Positions 63,470-64,000 of a DNA stretch of 64,000 bases are shown here, piece by piece. The DNA is taken from assembly GCF_964213995.1 (NCBI RefSeq), contig NW_027590179.1:310001-374000 (forward strand), written 5' to 3'. Position 1 is the first letter of the stretch. Every line of letters starts with the position of its first letter. The DNA comes from Mustelus asterias (taxonomy: Eukaryota). The notes under the pieces are model-generated. The model was not told the DNA's origin. It searched no databases and saw nothing but the letters and a program-made list of their open reading frames with translations. Made by a program: the position numbers and the translations under genes.

Positions 63470-64000
63470 CAAACCCCAGACAATGAACATTATCCCCCAG
63501 ACCCGAATATAAAACAGTGAACATTATCCCCCCCAGACCCGAATATAAAACAGTGAACATTATCCCCCAGACCCGAATATAAAACAGTGAACATTATCCC
63601 CCCCAGACCCAAATATAAAACAGTGAACATTATCCCCCCCAGACCCGAATATAAAACAGTGAACATTATCCCCCCCAGACCCGAATATAAAACAGTGAAC
63701 ATTATCTCCCAGACCCAAATATAAAACAGTGAACATTATCCCCCCCAGACCCGAATATAAAACAGTGAACATTATCCCCCCCAGACCCGAATATAAAACA
63801 ATGAACATTATCCCCCCCAGACCCGAATATAAAACAGTGAACATTATCCCCCCAGACCCGAATATAAAACAGTGAACATTATCCCCCAGACCCGAATATA
63901 AAACAGTGAACATTATCCCCCAGACCCGAATATAAAACAGTGAACATTATCTCCCAGACCCGAATATAAAACAGTGAACATTATCCCCCCAGACCCGAAT
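63470..64000. repeat. Minisatellite, 33-35-bp unit, runs off the window
   Basis: ACATTAT(C5-7)AGACCCGAATATAAAACAGTGA, about 15 copies. Confidence 0.97.

Overview
Eukaryotic, repeat-dense window that is almost certainly from a shark or other elasmobranch (inferred from HE1-type SINEs, HER1/CR1 LINEs, Penelope repeats and MEKPWK-type zinc-finger genes). The left 7 kb holds one apparently intact T-cell receptor alpha/delta-type V segment (leader exon, V exon, canonical 23-RSS; minus strand) facing a V pseudogene on the plus strand, with CTCF-like sites nearby. The rest is a cluster of KRAB-less tandem C2H2 zinc-finger genes (A 14 fingers, B 7 plus a broken 8th, C 7, D 10; pseudogenes E and F) built by direct and inverted segmental duplication of a promoter-exon1-intron-finger-exon cassette. 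It is interleaved with CR1, L2, Tx1, Penelope (with minimal hammerhead motifs), Copia/Gypsy remnants, SINEs and minisatellites. Most striking features: a palindromic bidirectional promoter, a recurring TGGAGGACC-N11/14-GGTCCTCCA-CCAAT element, a recurring Tx1-tail junction in ZNF exon 1, finger divergence far exceeding flank divergence, and covarying minimal hammerheads. Repeat boundaries are approximate and family names come from recognition, not database searches.
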